Shown one piece after another: positions 61,216-64,000 of a stretch of 64,000 bases of DNA (positions are counted from its first letter, which is position 1; every line of letters begins with the position of its first letter). The notes beneath the pieces were generated by a model, which saw nothing but the letters and a program-made list of their open reading frames with translations, did not search any database and had not been told where the DNA came from. The stretch comes from Macrostomum lignano (taxonomy: Eukaryota): positions 248,001 to 312,000 of the forward strand of contig NIVC01000146.1 in assembly GCA_002269645.1 (NCBI GenBank). Direction: 5' to 3'. Made by a program: the position numbers and the translations under genes.

Positions 61216-62839
61216 ATACCATTTATTTATGATCGTATAGTCTGGATTACATGCATCTATTCAATGATAGTATGGATGAAATGTGCATGTTAAAGTGAGC
61301 TAGTCCTAAAACACTGAAGTAAAGAGTGACAGAGTACCCAAAAATAGTAATGTTTCAATCTTTCACTTCAGATTTTCATTTAAGTGGCCAAGTTCAATTC
61401 TAATTCCAATAGGCCTAATTTTACATTAAATTCATTTATTCATTTATCTTCAAAAAGCAATTAAATGGTTTTGTCTGTCATTTTCTCTAGGTTTTTAACC
61501 AAAGTTACTGTATCATTACCAAGGCCAAGTAATAGCTTATTATATAATATACCCAGGCTAGATAATATACTTATATCTCTGCATTTGTTTGATTGGTCTT
61601 AATAAAAAATTATAGAAATATAGGCCATTATATCATGAATTTAGTGTTTAAGTTTTAGCTTAATTAAGTTGAAAAAGCAAAAGCAATTGATCATTTATTG
61701 AAGAACCTACAAAATTAGCAATAAAATTTTAAACTCAACAAAATGTAAAAGTTATCAAGCAAATAGTTCTAACTGGGAAGTTCTAAAACTTCATGAAACA
61801 GATCACCAATTGTGAAAATCTTTAAAATAATTGCCTTTCTATCTAATGAACTTGTCATATTATATTGGCTTATAATGAATAAATCCATGCCAACCACTTG
61901 TCTTTAGCTATTGCTCTGATCAGCCCCTCAGTAGCTGCTTGCAGCTTGGGGAAGCTTGTAAACTGCTGGCCTCATGGACGCATCTTGCGTGATAAATCTG
62001 CTCTTGAACTAATTTCCCAGAGCTAAAATTTCTGCTCTTTGTTGTTGAAACAGACTTTATATTAGCAATTCTTTTGCTCAAGAATGTGCTAGCCATTCCT
62101 AAACTAACTGAAGTTGGTTTCATATCTATTAGCATATATAGCTAACATTGGTTCTATATCTATCCTATGCTACTTACTGCTTTATTCTTTTTTTACTATT
62201 TATCTATGGCTAAACCTTCATAGCTTATAAATAATGATTCATCAATACTTAGCAAAAGTAACAATGTGGTTTCTGATCCATTTTTTCTAAAAATTATCTG
62301 CAATTTCTCTATTAGGGTTTTGATTCAATTTTCTTCAAAAATTATAAGGGGAGGGGCAGTTGCTTATAGGAGGGAGTGGGTTTTAAAAAGAAAAGACCTA
62401 AAGAAAGTAAAAAAAGCAAAAATGTGCTTGCCCCCCCTTTGTTTTTTTAGATCTGCCTAAAAGGGGAAGCAACTGCCTCTCCCCCTGCCCCCTAGTTATA
62501 CAACTACTACTAAATAGTTATTGTTCTATTATGTTTTTATGATATTTTTATATACTTTTTTACAATCTTCATAAGACTATAATTTGTATATAGGGTAATG
62601 ACATGTTTAGAAATTTTTATTGGAATATATAAACCATAAAGCTAAGTCTATAAAGGCACTATATAGACAAATTCAAAGCTTCATAGCAATTAGATAGTAA
62701 ATATTATTAATATCTATACAAAACTTTAAAAAAATTTCTTTTACTTGATTCTCTATTTTAAAAGCAAAAGAATCATTAAAATTTAAGAGGTTATATAAAA
62801 AAGATACATTATTCGGTCTGATCTCTGTATGTGCAAGGA

Positions 62840-64000
62840 GCCTATGACTGTCATGCCCCTCTGTGTGCCATGAGCCTATGACTCATCCTACTGATTCTGC
62901 CTGTCTTCTCTGTGTGCCATGAGCCTATGACTGTCATCCTACTGATTCTGCCTGGCCCCTCTGTGTGCCATGAGCCTATGACTGTCATCCTACTGATTCT
63001 GCCTGTCTTCTCTGTGTGCCATGAGCCTATGACTGTCATCCTACTGATTCTGCCTGGCCCCTCTGTGTGCCATGAGCCTATGACTGTCATCCTACTGATT
63101 CTGCCTGGCCCCTCTGTGTGCCATGAGCCTATGACTGTCATCCTACTGATTCTGCCTGTCTTCTCTGTGTGCCATGAGCCTATGACTGTCATCCTACTGA
63201 TTCTGCCTGTCTTCTCTGTGTGCCATGAGCCTATGACTGTCATCCTACTGATTCTGCCTGGCCCCTCTGTGTGCCATAAGCCTATGACTGTCATCCTACT
63301 AATTCTGCCTGGCCCCTCTGTGTGCCATGAGCCTATGACTATCATCCTACTGATTCTGCCTGTCTTCTCTATGTGCCATGAGCCTATGACTGTCATCCTA
63401 CTGATTATTCCTGTCTTCTCTGTGTGCCATGAGCCTATGACTGTCATCCTACTGATTCTGCCTGTCTTCTCTGTGTGCCATGAGCCTATGACTGTCATCC
63501 TACTGATTCTGCCTGTCTTCTCTGTGTGCCATGAGCCTATGACTGTCATCCTACTGATTCTGTCTGTCTTCTCTGTGTGCCATGAGCCTATGACTGTCAT
63601 CCTACTGATTCTGCCTGGCCCCTCTGTGTGCCATAAGCCTATGACTGTCATCCTACTGATTCTGCCTGGCCCCTCTGTGTGCCATGAGCCTATGACTGTC
63701 ATCCTACTGATTCTGCCTGTCTTCTCTGTGTGCCATGAGCCTATGACTGTCATCCTACTGATTCTGCCTGGCCCCTCTGTGTGCCATGAGCCTATGACTG
63801 TCATCCTACTGATTCTGTCTGTCTTCTTTGTGTGCCATAAGCCTATGACTGTCATCCTACTGATTCTGCCTGGCCCCTCTGTGTGCCATGAGCCTATGAC
63901 TGTCATCCTACTGATTCTGCCTGTCTTCTCTGTGTGCCATGAGCCTATGACTGTCATCCTACTGGTTCTGCCTGTCTTCTCTGTGTGCCATGAGCCTATG
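62840..64000. repeat. 51-bp minisatellite (ccatgagcctatgactgtcatcctactgattctgcctggcccctctgtgtg), runs off the window
   Basis: The 17-aa periodic ORF 62851..63957 is its translation. Confidence 0.95.

Noticed and set aside
61760-62140. Possible piggyBac/hAT transposase remnant (YLLDNFY; PTSVS)
   Set aside because: Matches are too short, and the flanking residues do not follow the family motifs.
62352-62480. 14-bp imperfect inverted repeat (aggggcagttgctt/aagcaactgcctct)
   Set aside because: Probably an internal part of a decayed MITE; ends and TSD cannot be defined.

Overview
Eukaryotic (animal) genomic DNA, most likely a free-living flatworm such as Macrostomum. This is inferred from flatworm-type Pax6 residues, GC-rich exons with poly-Ala/Gln/Gly tracts, and introns packed with minisatellites. 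Five spliced genes can be built by hand with frame-consistent GT-AG junctions: Pax6 (+, first coding exon not found), RECQL4 (-, complete, about 1231 aa), a 646-aa disordered protein ending in a dynein-light-chain (LC8)-like domain (+), a 191-aa two-TM protein (+), and the calcineurin A catalytic subunit (-). The most notable item is a caspase-fold gene nested on the same strand inside the last RECQL4 intron. It keeps the His/Cys dyad and Asp-pocket residues and has a candidate TATA box, but it is interrupted by a LINE 3' fragment and a frameshift. Other items of interest: a 284-bp inverted-repeat element carrying a degenerate piece of 28S rRNA (the R2/I-PpoI target region), two hAT-type MITEs, a double-hairpin element, a telomeric repeat at the Pax6 branch-point position, minisatellites built from splice-signal-like, palindromic or stop-codon-containing units, and sharply bounded CpG-depleted AT-rich blocks. 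Most long ORFs in the supplied track are artefacts of tandem repeats. No database searches were run; family calls rest on remembered motifs, and repeat boundaries and copy numbers are approximate.
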